Origin: Escherichia coli
GTDB lineage: Bacteria > Pseudomonadota > Gammaproteobacteria > Enterobacterales > Enterobacteriaceae
Strand: one strand, 5' to 3'
Assembly (NCBI RefSeq): GCF_044647545.1
Contig: NZ_CP172818.1
DNA length: 64,000 nt
In this document: positions 35,177 through 47,165 of the stretch, in pieces
How positions within the stretch are numbered: the stretch's first letter is position 1
Layout of the letters: each line of letters opens with the position of its first letter
The notes under the pieces: generated by a model
Databases searched by the model: none
Seen by the model: only the letters and a program-made list of their open reading frames with translations
What the model was told of the DNA's origin: nothing
Program-made: the position numbers and the translations under genes

Positions 35177-36229
35177 ATGAATTATCAGAACGACGATTTA
35201 CGCATCAAAGAAATCAAAGAGTTACTTCCTCCTGTCGCATTGCTGGAAAAATTCCCCGCTACTGAAAATGCCGCGAATACGGTCGCCCATGCCCGAAAAG
35301 CGATCCATAAGATCCTGAAAGGTAATGATGATCGCCTGTTGGTGGTGATTGGCCCATGCTCAATTCATGATCCTGTCGCAGCAAAAGAGTATGCCACTCG
35401 CTTGCTGGCGCTGCGTGAAGAGCTGAAAGATGAGCTGGAAATCGTAATGCGCGTCTATTTTGAAAAGCCGCGTACAACGGTGGGCTGGAAAGGGCTGATT
35501 AACGATCCGCATATGGATAACAGCTTCCAGATCAACGACGGTCTGCGTATTGCCCGCAAATTGCTGCTCGATATTAACGACAGCGGTCTGCCAGCGGCGG
35601 GTGAATTCCTGGATATGATCACCCCACAATATCTCGCTGACCTGATGAGCTGGGGCGCAATTGGCGCACGTACTACGGAATCGCAGGTGCACCGCGAACT
35701 GGCGTCTGGTCTTTCTTGCCCGGTAGGCTTCAAAAATGGCACTGATGGTACGATTAAAGTGGCTATCGATGCTATTAATGCCGCCGGTGCGCCGCACTGC
35801 TTCCTGTCCGTAACGAAATGGGGGCATTCGGCGATTGTGAATACCAGCGGTAACGGCGATTGCCATATCATTCTGCGCGGCGGTAAAGAGCCTAACTACA
35901 GCGCGAAGCACGTTGCTGAAGTGAAAGACGGGCTGAACAAAGCAGGTCTGCCAGCGCAGGTGATGATCGATTTCAGCCACGCCAACTCGTCCAAACAATT
36001 CAAAAAGCAGATGGATGTTTGTGCTGACGTTTGCCAGCAGATTGCCGGTGGCGAAAAGGCTATTATTGGCGTGATGGTGGAAAGCCATCTGGTGGAAGGC
36101 AATCAGAGCCTCGAGAGTGGGGAACCGCTGGCCTATGGCAAGAGCATCACCGATGCCTGCATTGGCTGGGATGATACCGATGCTCTGTTACGTCAACTGG
36201 CGAATGCAGTAAAAGCGCGTCGCGGGTAA
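35177..36229 (+). CDS. aroG: Phe-sensitive 3-deoxy-7-phosphoheptulonate (DAHP) synthase
   Basis: ORF track; 350 aa. Confidence 0.96.
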   Translation: MNYQNDDLRIKEIKELLPPVALLEKFPATENAANTVAHARKAIHKILKGNDDRLLVVIGPCSIHDPVAAKEYATRLLALREELKDELEIVMRVYFEKPRTTVGWKGLINDPHMDNSFQINDGLRIARKLLLDINDSGLPAAGEFLDMITPQYLADLMSWGAIGARTTESQVHRELASGLSCPVGFKNGTDGTIKVAIDAINAAGAPHCFLSVTKWGHSAIVNTSGNGDCHIILRGGKEPNYSAKHVAEVKDGLNKAGLPAQVMIDFSHANSSKQFKKQMDVCADVCQQIAGGEKAIIGVMVESHLVEGNQSLESGEPLAYGKSITDACIGWDDTDALLRQLANAVKARRG

Positions 36230-36239
36230 AGTTTAATTG

Positions 36240-36313
36240 TCGGATGCGCCGTCAGAGTGGCGTATCCGATTAATCACCGGAGGCCTGATAAGACGCGCAG
36301 CGTCGCATCAGGC
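36240..36313. repeat. REP/BIME-type palindromic units between aroG and gpmA
   Basis: CGGATGCGCCGTCAGAGTGGCGTATCCG and GCCTGATAAGACGCGCAGCGTCGCATCAGGC. Confidence 0.65.
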
Positions 36314-36342
36314 AATGTGCTCCATTGTTAGCAACGACAAAC

Positions 36343-36381
36343 AAAAAAGCCGACTCACTTGCAGTCGGCTTTCTCATTTTT
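36343..36381. terminator. Bidirectional rho-independent terminator (aroG/gpmA)
   Basis: AAAAAAGCCGACTCACTTGCAGTCGGCTTTCTCATTTTT. Confidence 0.8.
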
Positions 36382-36394
36382 AAACGAATGACGT

Positions 36395-37147
36395 TTACTT
36401 CGCTTTACCCTGGTTCGCAACGGCTGCTGCTTTCGCCGCGATCTCATCAGCATTACCCAGATAATAGCGTTTCAGCGGTTTGAAGTTCTCGTCAAACTCA
36501 TAAACCAGCGGCACGCCGGTCGGGATATTCAGCTCAAGAATCTCTTCTTCGCTCATGTTATCGAGATATTTCACCAGCGCACGTAACGAGTTACCGTGTG
36601 CAGCGATGATGACGCGCTCACCGCTCTTCATACGCGGCAGAATGGTTTCATTCCAGTAAGGGATCACGCGGTCAATGGTCAGCGCCAGGCTTTCCGTCAG
36701 TGGCAGCTCTTTCTCGCTCAGTTTCGCGTAACGCGGATCGTGACCCGGATAACGCTCATCATCTTTAGTCAGTTCCGGCGGAGTCACCGCAAAACCACGA
36801 CGCCACTGTTTCACCTGCTCGTCGCCATACTTTTCAGCGGTTTCCGCTTTGTTCAGACCCTGCAATGCACCGTAGTGACGTTCGTTCAGTTTCCAGGATT
36901 TCTCAACGGGCAGCCATGCCTGATCCAGTTCGTCCAGCACATTCCATAGGGTATGAATAGCGCGTTTCAGCACAGAGGTGTAAGCAAAGTCAAAGCTGTA
37001 ACCTTCCTCTTTCAGCAGCTTACCTGCTGCTTTTGCTTCGCTTACGCCTTTCTCAGACAGATCCACGTCGTACCAACCGGTGAAACGGTTTTCTTTGTTC
37101 CACTGACTTTCGCCATGACGAACCAGAACCAGCTTAGTTACAGCCAT
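36395..37147 (-). CDS. gpmA: 2,3-bisphosphoglycerate-dependent phosphoglycerate mutase
   Basis: ORF track 36395..37162; canonical start [17 protein letters not shown]; 250 aa. Confidence 0.95.
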
Positions 37148-37349
37148 ATACTTACTCCTCAAATCATCTTTTAATGATAATAATTCTCATTATATTGCCG
37201 TGACGAAGCAACAGCAATGCTTACGCATAACCATAGCGAAAATAGTGTCGCAGTGTAAGGTTGTTGTGAATATTGAGTTGCAAATATGTCGGTGTTTGCT
37301 GGTGATTTGAACAATATGAGGATAAAGCCCTCATGACGAGGGCTTAACA

Positions 37350-38390
37350 TTACTGAGCAATAAACTGATATTCCGTCAGGCTGGAATACTCTTCGCCAGG
37401 ACGCAGGAAGCAGTCCGGTTGCGGCCATTCAGGGTGGTTCGGGCTGTCCGGCAGAAATTCGCTTTCCAGAGCCAGCCCTTGCCAGTCGGCGTAAGGTTCG
37501 GTTCCCCGCGACGGTGTGCCGCCGAGGAAGTTGCCGGAGTAGAATTGCAGAGCCGGAGCGGTGGTGTAGACCTTCAGCTGCAATTTTTCATCTGCTGACC
37601 AGACATGCGCCGCCACTTTCTTGCCATCGCCTTTGGCCTGTAACAAGAACGCGTGATCGTAACCTTTCACTTTGCGCTGATCGTCGTCGGCAAGAAACTC
37701 ACTGGCGATGATTTTGGCGCTGCGGAAATCAAAAGAGGTTCCGGCGACAGATTTCAGACCGTCGTGCGGAATGCCGCCTTCATCAACCGGCAGATATTCG
37801 TCCGCCAGAATCTGCAACTTATGATTGCGCGCGTCAGACTGCTCGCCGTCAAGATTGAAATAGACGTGATTAGTCATATTCACCGGGCAAGGTTTATCAA
37901 CTGTGGCGCGATAAGTAATGGAGATACGGTTATCGTCGGTCAGACGATATTGCACCGTCGCGCCGAGATTACCCGGGAAGCCCTGATCGCCATCATCTGA
38001 ACTCAGGGCAAATAGCACCTGACGATCATTCTGGTTCACAATCTGCCAGCGACGTTTGTCGAACCCTTCCGGGCCGCCGTGCAGCTGGTTAACGCCCTGA
38101 CTTGGCGAAAGCGTCACGGTTTCACCGTCAAAGGTATAACGGCTATTGGCGATGCGGTTGGCATAACGACCAATAGAGGCCCCCAGAAATGCGGCCTGAT
38201 CCTGATAGCATTCCGGGCTGGCGCAGCCAAGCAGCGCCTCGCGGACGCTGCCATCGGAAAGCGGAATACGGGCGGAAAGTAAAGTCGCACCCCAGTCCAT
38301 CAGCGTGACTACCATCCCTGCGTTGTTACGCAAAGTTAACAGTCGGTACGGCTGACCATCGGGTGCCAGTGCGGGAGTTTCGTTCAGCAC
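37350..38390 (-). CDS. galM: Galactose mutarotase (aldose 1-epimerase)
   Basis: ORF track; 346 aa. Confidence 0.95.
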   Translation of the reverse strand: MLNETPALAPDGQPYRLLTLRNNAGMVVTLMDWGATLLSARIPLSDGSVREALLGCASPECYQDQAAFLGASIGRYANRIANSRYTFDGETVTLSPSQGVNQLHGGPEGFDKRRWQIVNQNDRQVLFALSSDDGDQGFPGNLGATVQYRLTDDNRISITYRATVDKPCPVNMTNHVYFNLDGEQSDARNHKLQILADEYLPVDEGGIPHDGLKSVAGTSFDFRSAKIIASEFLADDDQRKVKGYDHAFLLQAKGDGKKVAAHVWSADEKLQLKVYTTAPALQFYSGNFLGGTPSRGTEPYADWQGLALESEFLPDSPNHPEWPQPDCFLRPGEEYSSLTEYQFIAQ

Positions 38391-39532
38391 TGTCCTGCTC
38401 CTTGTGATGGTTTACAAACGTAAAAAGTCTCTTTAATACCTGTTTTTGCTTCATATTGTTCAGCGACAGCTTGCTGTACTGCAGGCACCAGCTCTTCCGG
38501 GATCAGCGCGACGATGCAGCCGCCAAATCCGCCGCCGGTCATGCGTACGCCACCTTTGTCGCCAATCACAGCTTTGACGATTTCTACCAGAGTGTCAATT
38601 TGCGGCACGGTGATTTCGAAATCATCGCGCATAGAGGCATGAGACTCCGCCATCAACTCGCCCATACGTTTCAGGTCGCCTTGCTCCAGCGCGCTGGCAG
38701 CTTCAACGGTGCGGGCGTTTTCAGTCAGGATATGACGCACGCGTTTCGCCACGATTGGGTCCAGTTCATGCGCAACAGCGTTGAACTCTTCAATGGTGAC
38801 ATCGCGCAGAGCTGGCTGCTGGAAGAAACGCGCACCGGTTTCGCACTGTTCACGACGGGTGTTGTATTCGCTGCCAACCAGGGTACGTTTGAAGTTACTG
38901 TTAATGATGACGACAGCCACACCTTTCGGCATGGAAACTGCTTTAGTCCCCAGTGAGCGGCAGTCAATCAGCAAGGCATGATCTTTCTTGCCGAGTGCGG
39001 AAATTAGCTGATCCATGATCCCGCAGTTACAGCCAACAAACTGGTTTTCTGCTTCCTGACCGTTAAGCGCGATTTGTGCGCCGTCCAGCGGCAAATGATA
39101 AAGCTGCTGCAATACGGTTCCGACCGCGACTTCCAGTGAAGCGGAAGAACTTAACCCGGCACCCTGCGGCACATTGCCGCTGATCACCATGTCCACGCCG
39201 CCGAAGCTGTTGTTACGCAGTTGCAGATGTTTCACCACGCCACGAACGTAGTTAGCCCATTGATAGCTTTCATGCGCGACAATGGGCGCATCGAGGGAAA
39301 ACTCGTCGAGCTGATTTTCATAATCGGCTGCCATCACGCGAACTTTACGGTCATCGCGTGGTGCACAACTGATCACGGTTTGATAATCAATCGCGCAGGG
39401 CAGAACGAAACCGTCGTTGTAGTCGGTGTGTTCACCAATCAAATTCACGCGGCCAGGCGCCTGAATGGTGTGAGTGGCAGGGTAGCCAAATGCGTTGGCA
39501 AACAGAGATTGTGTTTTTTCTTTCAGACTCAT
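38384..39532 (-). CDS. galK: Galactokinase
   Basis: ORF track; 382 aa; GHMP kinase motifs. Confidence 0.96.
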   Translation of the reverse strand: MSLKEKTQSLFANAFGYPATHTIQAPGRVNLIGEHTDYNDGFVLPCAIDYQTVISCAPRDDRKVRVMAADYENQLDEFSLDAPIVAHESYQWANYVRGVVKHLQLRNNSFGGVDMVISGNVPQGAGLSSSASLEVAVGTVLQQLYHLPLDGAQIALNGQEAENQFVGCNCGIMDQLISALGKKDHALLIDCRSLGTKAVSMPKGVAVVIINSNFKRTLVGSEYNTRREQCETGARFFQQPALRDVTIEEFNAVAHELDPIVAKRVRHILTENARTVEAASALEQGDLKRMGELMAESHASMRDDFEITVPQIDTLVEIVKAVIGDKGGVRMTGGGFGGCIVALIPEELVPAVQQAVAEQYEAKTGIKETFYVCKPSQGAGQC

Positions 39533-39535
39533 TTC

Positions 39536-40582
39536 TTACACTCCGGATTCGCGAAAATGGATATCGCTGACTGCGCGCAAACGCTCTGCTGCCTGTTCTG
39601 CGGTCAGGTCTCGCTGGGTTTCTGCCAGCATTTCATAACCAACCATAAATTTACGTACGGTGGCGGAGCGCAACAGAGGCGGATAAAAGTGCGCGTGCAG
39701 CTGCCAGTGTTGATTCTCTTCGCCATTAAATGGCGCGCCGTGCCAGCCCATAGAGTAGGGGAAGGAGCACTGGAAGAGGTTGTCATAACGACTGGTCAGC
39801 TTTTTCAACGCCAGTGCCAAATCGCTGCGCTGGGCGTCGGTCAAATCGGTGATCCGCAAAACGTGGGCTTTGGGCAGCAGTAGCGTTTCGAACGGCCAGG
39901 CAGCCCAGTAAGGTACAACGGCTAACCAGTGTTCGGTTTCGACAACGGTACGGCTACCGTCTGCCAGCTCGCGCTGAACATAATCCACCAGCATTGGTGA
40001 TTTCTGCCCGGCGAAATATTCTTTTTGCAGGCGGTCTTCGCGCTCAGCTTCGTTAGGCAGGAAGCTATTTGCCCAAATCTGTCCGTGCGGATGCGGGTTA
40101 GAGCAGCCCATCGCCGCGCCTTTGTTTTCAAAGACCTGTACCCACGGGTACGTTTTTCCCAGCTCTGCGGTTTGCTCCTGCCAGGTTTTGACGATTTCCG
40201 TCAATGCCGCAACGCTCAGTTCTGGCAACGTTTTACTGTGATCCGGTGAAAAGCAGATCACCCGGCTGGTACCGCGCGCGCTCTGGCAACCCATTAGCGG
40301 ATCGTTGCTTTCTGGCGCATCTGGCGTGTCAGACATCAAGGCCGCAAAGTCATTAGTGAAAACGTAAGTCCCGGTGTAATCGGGGTTTTTATCGCCTGTC
40401 ACCCGTACATTACCTGCGCAGAGGAAGCAATTTGGATCGTGCGCAGGTAACACCTGTTTGGCTGGCGTTTCCTGCGCCCCCTGCCAGGGGCGCTTAGCGC
40501 GGTGCGGTGAAACCAGAATCCATTGCCCGGTGAGCGGGTTGTAGCGGCGATGTGGATGATCAACGGGGTTAAATTGCGTCAT
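39536..40582 (-). CDS. galT: Galactose-1-phosphate uridylyltransferase
   Basis: ORF track; 348 aa; HPHGQ active-site motif. Confidence 0.96.
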   Translation of the reverse strand: MTQFNPVDHPHRRYNPLTGQWILVSPHRAKRPWQGAQETPAKQVLPAHDPNCFLCAGNVRVTGDKNPDYTGTYVFTNDFAALMSDTPDAPESNDPLMGCQSARGTSRVICFSPDHSKTLPELSVAALTEIVKTWQEQTAELGKTYPWVQVFENKGAAMGCSNPHPHGQIWANSFLPNEAEREDRLQKEYFAGQKSPMLVDYVQRELADGSRTVVETEHWLAVVPYWAAWPFETLLLPKAHVLRITDLTDAQRSDLALALKKLTSRYDNLFQCSFPYSMGWHGAPFNGEENQHWQLHAHFYPPLLRSATVRKFMVGYEMLAETQRDLTAEQAAERLRAVSDIHFRESGV

Positions 40583-40591
40583 GGTCGTTCC

Positions 40592-41608
40592 TTAATCGGG
40601 ATATCCCTGTGGATGGCGTGACTGCCAGTGCCAGGTGTCCTGCGCCATTTCATCGAGTGTGCGCGTTACGCGCCAGTTCAGTTCACGGTCGGCTTTGCTG
40701 GCGTCCGCCCAGTAGGCCGGAAGGTCGCCCTCGCGACGCGGTGCAAAATGATAATTAACCGGTTTGCCGCAGGCTTTGCTGAAGGCATTAACCACGTCCA
40801 GCACGCTGCTGCCTACGCCAGCGCCGAGGTTGTAGATGTGTACGCCTGGCTTGTTCGCCAGTTTCTCCATCGCCACGACGTGACCGTCCGCCAGATCCAT
40901 TACGTGGATGTAATCGCGCACGCCAGTACCGTCTTCGGTCGGATAATCGTTACCAAAAATCGCCAGCGAGTCGCGACGGCCTACAGCAACCTGGGCGATG
41001 TATGGCATCAGGTTATTTGGAATGCCTTGCGGATCTTCGCCCATATCGCCCGACGGATGTGCGCCAACCGGGTTGAAGTAGCGCAGCAGGGCAATGCTCC
41101 AGTCCGGCTGGGCTTTTTGCAGATCGGTGAGGATCTGTTCCACCATCAGCTTGCTTTTGCCGTAAGGGCTTTGCGGTGTGCCGGTCGGGAAGCTTTCAAC
41201 ATATGGAATTTTGGGCTGATCGCCATAAACGGTGGCGGAGGAGCTAAAGATAAAGTTTTTGACGTTAGCGGCGCGCATGGCGCTAATCAGGCGCAGAGTA
41301 CCGTTGACATTGTTGTCGTAATATTCAAGCGGTTTTTGTACCGATTCGCCAACGGCTTTCAGCCCGGCGAAGTGGATCACGGTGTCGATAGCGTGATCGT
41401 GCAGGATCTCGGTCATCAACGCTTCGTTACGGATATCGCCTTCAACAAACGTTGGATGTTTGCCGCCTAAACGCTCGATAACAGGCAGTACGCTGCGCTT
41501 ACTGTTACAGAGGTTATCAAGAATGATGACATCATGACCGTTTTGCAGTAATTGCACACAGGTATGACTTCCAATGTAACCGCTACCACCGGTAACCAGA
41601 ACTCTCAT
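40592..41608 (-). CDS. galE: UDP-glucose 4-epimerase
   Basis: ORF track 40592..41650; canonical start MRVLVTGGSGYIGSH; 338 aa. Confidence 0.96.
   Translation of the reverse strand: MRVLVTGGSGYIGSHTCVQLLQNGHDVIILDNLCNSKRSVLPVIERLGGKHPTFVEGDIRNEALMTEILHDHAIDTVIHFAGLKAVGESVQKPLEYYDNNVNGTLRLISAMRAANVKNFIFSSSATVYGDQPKIPYVESFPTGTPQSPYGKSKLMVEQILTDLQKAQPDWSIALLRYFNPVGAHPSGDMGEDPQGIPNNLMPYIAQVAVGRRDSLAIFGNDYPTEDGTGVRDYIHVMDLADGHVVAMEKLANKPGVHIYNLGAGVGSSVLDVVNAFSKACGKPVNYHFAPRREGDLPAYWADASKADRELNWRVTRTLDEMAQDTWHWQSRHPQGYPD
41574..41589. promoter_or_regulatory. gal internal operator OI (GalR/GalS site) within galE
   Basis: Minus-strand GTGGTAGCGGTTACAT within galE codons 7-12; 113 bp centre-to-centre from OE. 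Confidence 0.75.
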
Positions 41609-41626
41609 AATTCGCTCCATTAGGCT

Positions 41627-41686
41627 TATGGTATGAAATAACCATAGCATAACAAAGATGCGAAAAGTGTGACATGGAATAAATTA
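41627..41686 (-). promoter_or_regulatory. gal P1/P2 overlapping promoters with CRP site
   Basis: Minus-strand -10 elements TATGGTTAT and TATGCTA; CRP-like TGTGACATGGAATAAATT at about 41664-41685. Confidence 0.75.
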
Positions 41687-41702
41687 GTGGAATCGTTTAC
41701 AC
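41687..41702. promoter_or_regulatory. gal external operator OE
   Basis: GTGGAATCGTTTACAC read directly; known GalR operator palindrome. Confidence 0.8.
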
Positions 41703-41868
41703 AAGAATTTAGCCGTTTTTTATGTGCGATTAAGTGATTATAAAACAGAGGGTTTATGAATGATTGCGCTTTTTATCTGAAAAAAGTCTCGGTTTTATGC
41801 CTGGATGCGTCTAACTGTAGGCCGGAGAGGGCGCTTAGGCCGCCTCCGGTACAGTCAGCATTACCGAC

Positions 41869-43341
41869 TCAGTTTATTTTTGTCAGCGCATAGCGATAAA
41901 AGTCACCGTCCGGCACGAACTCCAGACGATGGGTAATACAGGCAGGCGCATCTTCAGCGTGGTGCGAAACAAACAACAATTGCGTTTCACCTTCGCTAAT
42001 CAGCACATCAACAAAACGGCGGATAAGCTGGCGATTGAGCGGGTCCAGCCCCTGTAGTGGTTCATCGAGAATAAGCAACGTCGGATGTTTCACCAGTGCG
42101 CGGACGATCAGCGCCAGACGCTGCTGTCCCCAGGAAAGACTATGGAACGGAGCGTCAGCCGTGCGTTTATCAATACCGAGAATATCCAGCCACTGCTGCA
42201 CCAGTTTTTGCTGGCGATCCGAAACGGCCTGATAAATGCCAATCGAATCAAAATAGCCAGAAAGAATCACATTACGCACGGTAGTGCTGACCCGGTAATC
42301 CAGATGCAAACTACTGCTGACGTAACCGATATGCTTTTTGATATCCCAGATGGTTTCGCCGCTGCCGCGACGTCGTCCGAAAAGCGTCAAATCGTTGCTG
42401 TAACCTTGCGGATGATCGCCAGTAATCAGGCTTAATAACGTCGATTTTCCCGCGCCATTTGGCCCGACAATTTGCCAGTGTTCGCCTGGATTCACCTGCC
42501 AGCTAAGGTTATTAAGAATGGGGCGATCGTTATAAGAAACCACGCCGTTGTTCAGCACAATGCGCGGTTCGTTGGCGGGTAAGGCGTGACGTGCTGAAGG
42601 TTCATCCGGCTCCGGCAGTTGCACACCTTCAAGCTGTTCGCTATGTGCCAGTTGCGCGACGAGTGCTTGTTGGAGCAGTTCTTCTTTAGCGCCAGTTTCC
42701 GCTAACGTGCAATCCGCCAGCACGCCAGCAAACTGGACAAATTCTGGGATCTCATCGAAGCGATTGAGCACCAGTACCAGAGTAATACCGGACTGATGTA
42801 ACGAGGCGAGTAGCTCAGCCAGCTGCTGACGTGAGGCAACATCCAGGCCATCGAACGGCTCATCAAGAATCAACAAGTCAGGCTCCGACATCAGCGCCTG
42901 ACACAGCAGGGTTTTTCGCGTCTCGCCAGTGGAAAGGTATTTAAAGCGTCGGTCGAGGAGGGCGGTAATACCGAACTGCTGCGCCAGTTGCATGCAACGC
43001 GGAGTATCCTTTACTTCATCCTGAATGATCTCAGCCGTGGTACGCCCGGTGTCATCTTCGCCAGGACTAAGCATATCGGTGTTATTCCGCTGCCATTCGT
43101 CGCTGACGAGCTTTTGCAATTGCTCGAAGGAGAGACGAGTGATGTGGGAAAACTGGCTTTGCCGTTCACCTTTCAAAAGCGGAAGTTCCCCCGACAGCGC
43201 GCGGGCCAGCGCCGATTTCCCGCTTCCATTCGAACCGACAAACGCCCAACTATCACCCGCGTTTAACGTTAGCCGAGGCAATTGCAGCGTTTTTGTGTCG
43301 CCAAGACGAAACGTGCCTTGCAAAATTTGCAACGATGACAT
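41869..43341 (-). CDS. modF: Tandem ABC ATPase of the mod regulon (two ATP-binding domains)
   Basis: ORF track 41869..43353; canonical start MSSLQILQGTF; 490 aa; two Walker A motifs. Confidence 0.92.
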   Translation of the reverse strand: MSSLQILQGTFRLGDTKTLQLPRLTLNAGDSWAFVGSNGSGKSALARALSGELPLLKGERQSQFSHITRLSFEQLQKLVSDEWQRNNTDMLSPGEDDTGRTTAEIIQDEVKDTPRCMQLAQQFGITALLDRRFKYLSTGETRKTLLCQALMSEPDLLILDEPFDGLDVASRQQLAELLASLHQSGITLVLVLNRFDEIPEFVQFAGVLADCTLAETGAKEELLQQALVAQLAHSEQLEGVQLPEPDEPSARHALPANEPRIVLNNGVVSYNDRPILNNLSWQVNPGEHWQIVGPNGAGKSTLLSLITGDHPQGYSNDLTLFGRRRGSGETIWDIKKHIGYVSSSLHLDYRVSTTVRNVILSGYFDSIGIYQAVSDRQQKLVQQWLDILGIDKRTADAPFHSLSWGQQRLALIVRALVKHPTLLILDEPLQGLDPLNRQLIRRFVDVLISEGETQLLFVSHHAEDAPACITHRLEFVPDGDFYRYALTKIN

Positions 43342-43408
43342 TTTATATCCCATTTTGTGCAGCGATTACTGACAGGGATACGTGTTTCATAACAAATTGT
43401 CAACACGC

Positions 43409-44197
43409 TTAGCACAGCGTGGCGATAATCACGCTGTCGGCATTAAAGTAGGCCGTGACATTCTGTCCTTGCTGAAGAGAAGTCGCTTCATTTACCGGCA
43501 CTGTGGCGCACAGTGTTTGCCCGTCGGGTAGCGCCATTAATACTTCGCACTGCTCTGCGCCGCGCTCAATATGACTAATAATACCCGGTAATTGGTTGTC
43601 AGCGTTTTGCGCGACCGCCTCGTCCTGAGTAATGCCTACCCACGGCGCTTTTAGCAATATCAACACTTCTTTGCCTTCATCCAGCCCCAGACGTGCGCCG
43701 CTTTGTGCGGTAATTGCGACTTTCAGGCGTGTTTTTCCATCAGCCAGTAAGACATCAACATGCTGTTGAACGTCATCATGATCGCGGGCGGTGATGGTAC
43801 CGAACCACTGGTTACGGGCGCTGGTTTGCAGTGAAAAACGTGAGATCGCGGCCAGCAGGCTGTTCAGCGGCAGGGCGTCATCGTCACTTAACACATCAAA
43901 GGCTTTTTGCTGGATTTGCGCCAGTAAGTCATAGAGCTGAATCAGTCGCTGACCATAGCGGGTCAGTACTGCGCCGCCGCCACCTTTACCGCCTGTTGCG
44001 CGCTCAACCAGAATATGCTCACTTAACTGATTCATCTCGTTAATGGCATCCCAGGCGCTTTTATAGCTGATACCGGCATCTTTCGCTCCCTGGCTAATGG
44101 AACCGGAAAGCGCAATGTGTTTTAGTAGCGAAATGCGGCGCGGGTCGGCGAATAATTTTTGTTGGAGCTTAAGGGTGAGAAGGATTTCGGCCTGCAT
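43409..44197 (-). CDS. modE: Molybdate-responsive transcriptional regulator ModE
   Basis: ORF track; 262 aa. Confidence 0.95.
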   Translation of the reverse strand: MQAEILLTLKLQQKLFADPRRISLLKHIALSGSISQGAKDAGISYKSAWDAINEMNQLSEHILVERATGGKGGGGAVLTRYGQRLIQLYDLLAQIQQKAFDVLSDDDALPLNSLLAAISRFSLQTSARNQWFGTITARDHDDVQQHVDVLLADGKTRLKVAITAQSGARLGLDEGKEVLILLKAPWVGITQDEAVAQNADNQLPGIISHIERGAEQCEVLMALPDGQTLCATVPVNEATSLQQGQNVTAYFNADSVIIATLC

Positions 44198-44307
44198 AAC
44201 AATGTCCTGGCAAAAGTCTTATTGTGACGGAAAACGAACGCCACGCAAAGCTGACCGCACAAAAGGGGAGTGCTTTTCTGTGCTTAGCGGTTAGAATAGT
44301 CTCATGA

Positions 44308-44475
<168 letters not shown>

Positions 44476-44598
44476 TTCCCTGAATGCCCGCTTAGTCGGG
44501 CATTTTCTTTTTCTCAACTTCCTGCTTTTCCTGCCGATATTTTTTCTCATCTACCTCACAAAGGTTAGCAATAACTGCTGGGAAAATTCCGAACTTGC

Positions 44599-44622
44599 CG
44601 TTATATTGACGCCTACATAACG
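44599..44622. promoter_or_regulatory. Putative ModE operator in the modA promoter
   Basis: CGTTATATTGACGCCTACATAACG imperfect palindrome 20 bp upstream of modA. Confidence 0.55.
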
Positions 44623-44641
44623 TTACATTAAGGGGTTACCA

Positions 44642-45415
44642 ATGGCTCGTAAATGGTTGAACTTGTTTACCGGGGCGGCACTCTCTTTCGCTGTTGCTGG
44701 CAATGCACTGGCAGATGAAGGGAAAATCACGGTGTTCGCCGCCGCATCACTGACTAACGCAATGCAGGACATTGCTACGCAGTATAAAAAAGAGAAAGGC
44801 GTGGATGTGGTTTCTTCTTTCGCTTCGTCATCTACTTTGGCCCGTCAGATTGAAGCGGGTGCGCCTGCGGATCTGTTTATTTCTGCCGATCAGAAATGGA
44901 TGGATTATGCGGTTGATAAAAAAGCGATCGATACGGCTTCGCGCCAGACACTGCTCGGCAATAGCCTGGTCGTTGTAGCACCGAAAGCCAGCGAGCAGAA
45001 AGATTTCACCATCGACAGCAAAACTAACTGGACTTCGCTGCTGAATGGCGGTCGCCTCGCGGTTGGCGATCCGGAACATGTCCCTGCTGGCATTTATGCA
45101 AAAGAAGCACTGCAAAAACTGGGCGCATGGGATACGCTCTCCCCGAAACTGGCTCCGGCGGAAGATGTTCGTGGCGCGCTGGCGTTGGTCGAACGCAATG
45201 AAGCGCCGCTGGGTATTGTTTACGGTTCTGACGCAGTTGCCAGCAAAGGGGTAAAAGTGGTTGCCACCTTCCCGGAAGATTCACATAAAAAAGTGGAATA
45301 TCCGGTTGCTGTTGTGGAAGGGCATAATAATGCGACAGTGAAAGCATTTTATGATTATCTGAAGGGGCCGCAGGCTGCGGAAATCTTTAAACGTTACGGA
45401 TTTACAACCAAGTAA
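44642..45415 (+). CDS. modA: Molybdate ABC transporter periplasmic binding protein
   Basis: ORF track; 257 aa; signal peptide. Confidence 0.95.
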   Translation: MARKWLNLFTGAALSFAVAGNALADEGKITVFAAASLTNAMQDIATQYKKEKGVDVVSSFASSSTLARQIEAGAPADLFISADQKWMDYAVDKKAIDTASRQTLLGNSLVVVAPKASEQKDFTIDSKTNWTSLLNGGRLAVGDPEHVPAGIYAKEALQKLGAWDTLSPKLAPAEDVRGALALVERNEAPLGIVYGSDAVASKGVKVVATFPEDSHKKVEYPVAVVEGHNNATVKAFYDYLKGPQAAEIFKRYGFTTK

Positions 45416-46104
45416 TGATACTGACCGATCCAGAATGGCAGGCAGTTTTATTAAGCCTGAAAGTTTCTTCCCTGGCTGTGCTGTTTAGCCTGCCGTTTGG
45501 GATCTTTTTTGCCTGGTTACTGGTACGTTGCACGTTTCCGGGCAAAGCTCTGCTCGACAGCGTACTGCATCTACCGCTGGTGTTACCGCCCGTGGTCGTC
45601 GGTTACTTATTATTAGTTTCGATGGGACGGCGCGGATTTATCGGTGAACGTCTGTATGACTGGTTTGGTCTTTCTTTCGCGTTTAGCTGGCGTGGTGCGG
45701 TTCTCGCTGCCGCTGTCATGTCTTTTCCGCTGATGGTGCGGGCGATTCGTCTGGCGCTGGAAGGTGTTGATATCAAACTGGAGCAGGCCGCAAGAACGTT
45801 GGGTGCCGGGCGCTGGCGTGTCTTCTTCACTATTACCTTACCGCTGACGTTGCCGGGAATTATTGTTGGTACGGTACTGGCATTCGCTCGTTCGCTCGGT
45901 GAATTTGGCGCAACCATCACCTTTGTGTCGAACATTCCTGGTGAAACGCGAACCATTCCTTCTGCTATGTATACCCTGATCCAGACCCCAGGCGGGGAAA
46001 GTGGCGCGGCGAGACTGTGTATTATTTCTATTGCGCTGGCGATGATCTCCCTGTTGATTTCAGAATGGCTGGCCAGAATCAGCCGTGAACGGGCGGGGCG
46101 CTAA
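45415..46104 (+). CDS. modB: Molybdate ABC transporter permease
   Basis: ORF track; 229 aa. Confidence 0.95.
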   Translation: MILTDPEWQAVLLSLKVSSLAVLFSLPFGIFFAWLLVRCTFPGKALLDSVLHLPLVLPPVVVGYLLLVSMGRRGFIGERLYDWFGLSFAFSWRGAVLAAAVMSFPLMVRAIRLALEGVDIKLEQAARTLGAGRWRVFFTITLPLTLPGIIVGTVLAFARSLGEFGATITFVSNIPGETRTIPSAMYTLIQTPGGESGAARLCIISIALAMISLLISEWLARISRERAGR

Positions 46105-46106
46105 TC

Positions 46107-47165
46107 ATGCTGGAACTGAATTTTTCCCAGACGTTGGGCAACCATTGCCTGACCATTAATGAAACGCTGCCCGCCAATGGCATCACCGCTATTTTTGGTG
46201 TCTCTGGTGCTGGAAAAACCTCGCTGATTAACGCCATCAGTGGGCTGACGCGCCCGCAAAAAGGGCGGATTGTCCTCAATGGTCGGGTACTAAATGATGC
46301 CGAAAAAGGTATCTGCCTGACGCCAGAAAAGCGTCGCGTTGGCTATGTGTTTCAGGATGCACGGCTGTTTCCGCATTATAAAGTGCGTGGCAATTTGCGC
46401 TACGGCATGGCAAAAAGCATGGTCAATCAGTTCGATAAGCTGGTGGCGCTTTTAGGCATTGAACCGTTGCTTGATCGTTTACCAGGCGGCCTGTCCGGAG
46501 GCGAAAAACAGCGCGTGGCGATTGGTCGGGCTTTGCTGACAGCACCGGAATTGCTGTTGCTGGATGAACCGCTGGCGTCACTGGATATTCCGCGTAAACG
46601 CGAACTGTTGCCTTATCTGCAACGTCTGACGCGGGAAATCAACATTCCGATGTTGTATGTCAGCCATTCGCTGGATGAGATCCTCCATCTGGCAGACAGA
46701 GTGATGGTACTGGAAAACGGTCAGGTGAAAGCCTTTGGCGCGCTGGAAGAAGTGTGGGGCAGTAGCGTGATGAATCCGTGGCTGCCGAAAGAGCAACAAA
46801 GTAGCATTCTGAAAGTGACGGTGCTTGAGCATCATCCGCATTACGCGATGACCGCGCTGGCGCTGGGCGATCAGCATTTGTGGGTCAATAAGCTGGACGA
46901 ACCGCTGCAAGCTGCGCTACGTATCCGCATTCAGGCTTCCGATGTTTCTCTGGTTTTACAACCGCCGCAGCAAACCAGCATTCGTAACGTATTGCGGGCA
47001 AAAGTTGTTAATAGTTATGACGACAACGGCCAGGTGGAAGTGGAGCTGGAAGTCGGCGGTAAAACGCTGTGGGCGCGTATCAGCCCGTGGGCCAGGGATG
47101 AACTGGCGATCAAACCAGGCCTGTGGCTGTACGCGCAAATTAAAAGTGTGTCGATAACCGCCTGA
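46107..47165 (+). CDS. modC: Molybdate ABC transporter ATP-binding protein
   Basis: ORF track; 352 aa; Walker [10 protein letters not shown]. Confidence 0.95.
   Translation: MLELNFSQTLGNHCLTINETLPANGITAIFGVSGAGKTSLINAISGLTRPQKGRIVLNGRVLNDAEKGICLTPEKRRVGYVFQDARLFPHYKVRGNLRYGMAKSMVNQFDKLVALLGIEPLLDRLPGGLSGGEKQRVAIGRALLTAPELLLLDEPLASLDIPRKRELLPYLQRLTREINIPMLYVSHSLDEILHLADRVMVLENGQVKAFGALEEVWGSSVMNPWLPKEQQSSILKVTVLEHHPHYAMTALALGDQHLWVNKLDEPLQAALRIRIQASDVSLVLQPPQQTSIRNVLRAKVVNSYDDNGQVEVELEVGGKTLWARISPWARDELAIKPGLWLYAQIKSVSITA

Noticed and set aside
35360-36088. 242-aa antisense ORF within aroG, and similar long antisense ORFs within galE/galT, bioA and mngB
   Set aside because: All fully nested in recognised genes on the opposite strand; no independent support.
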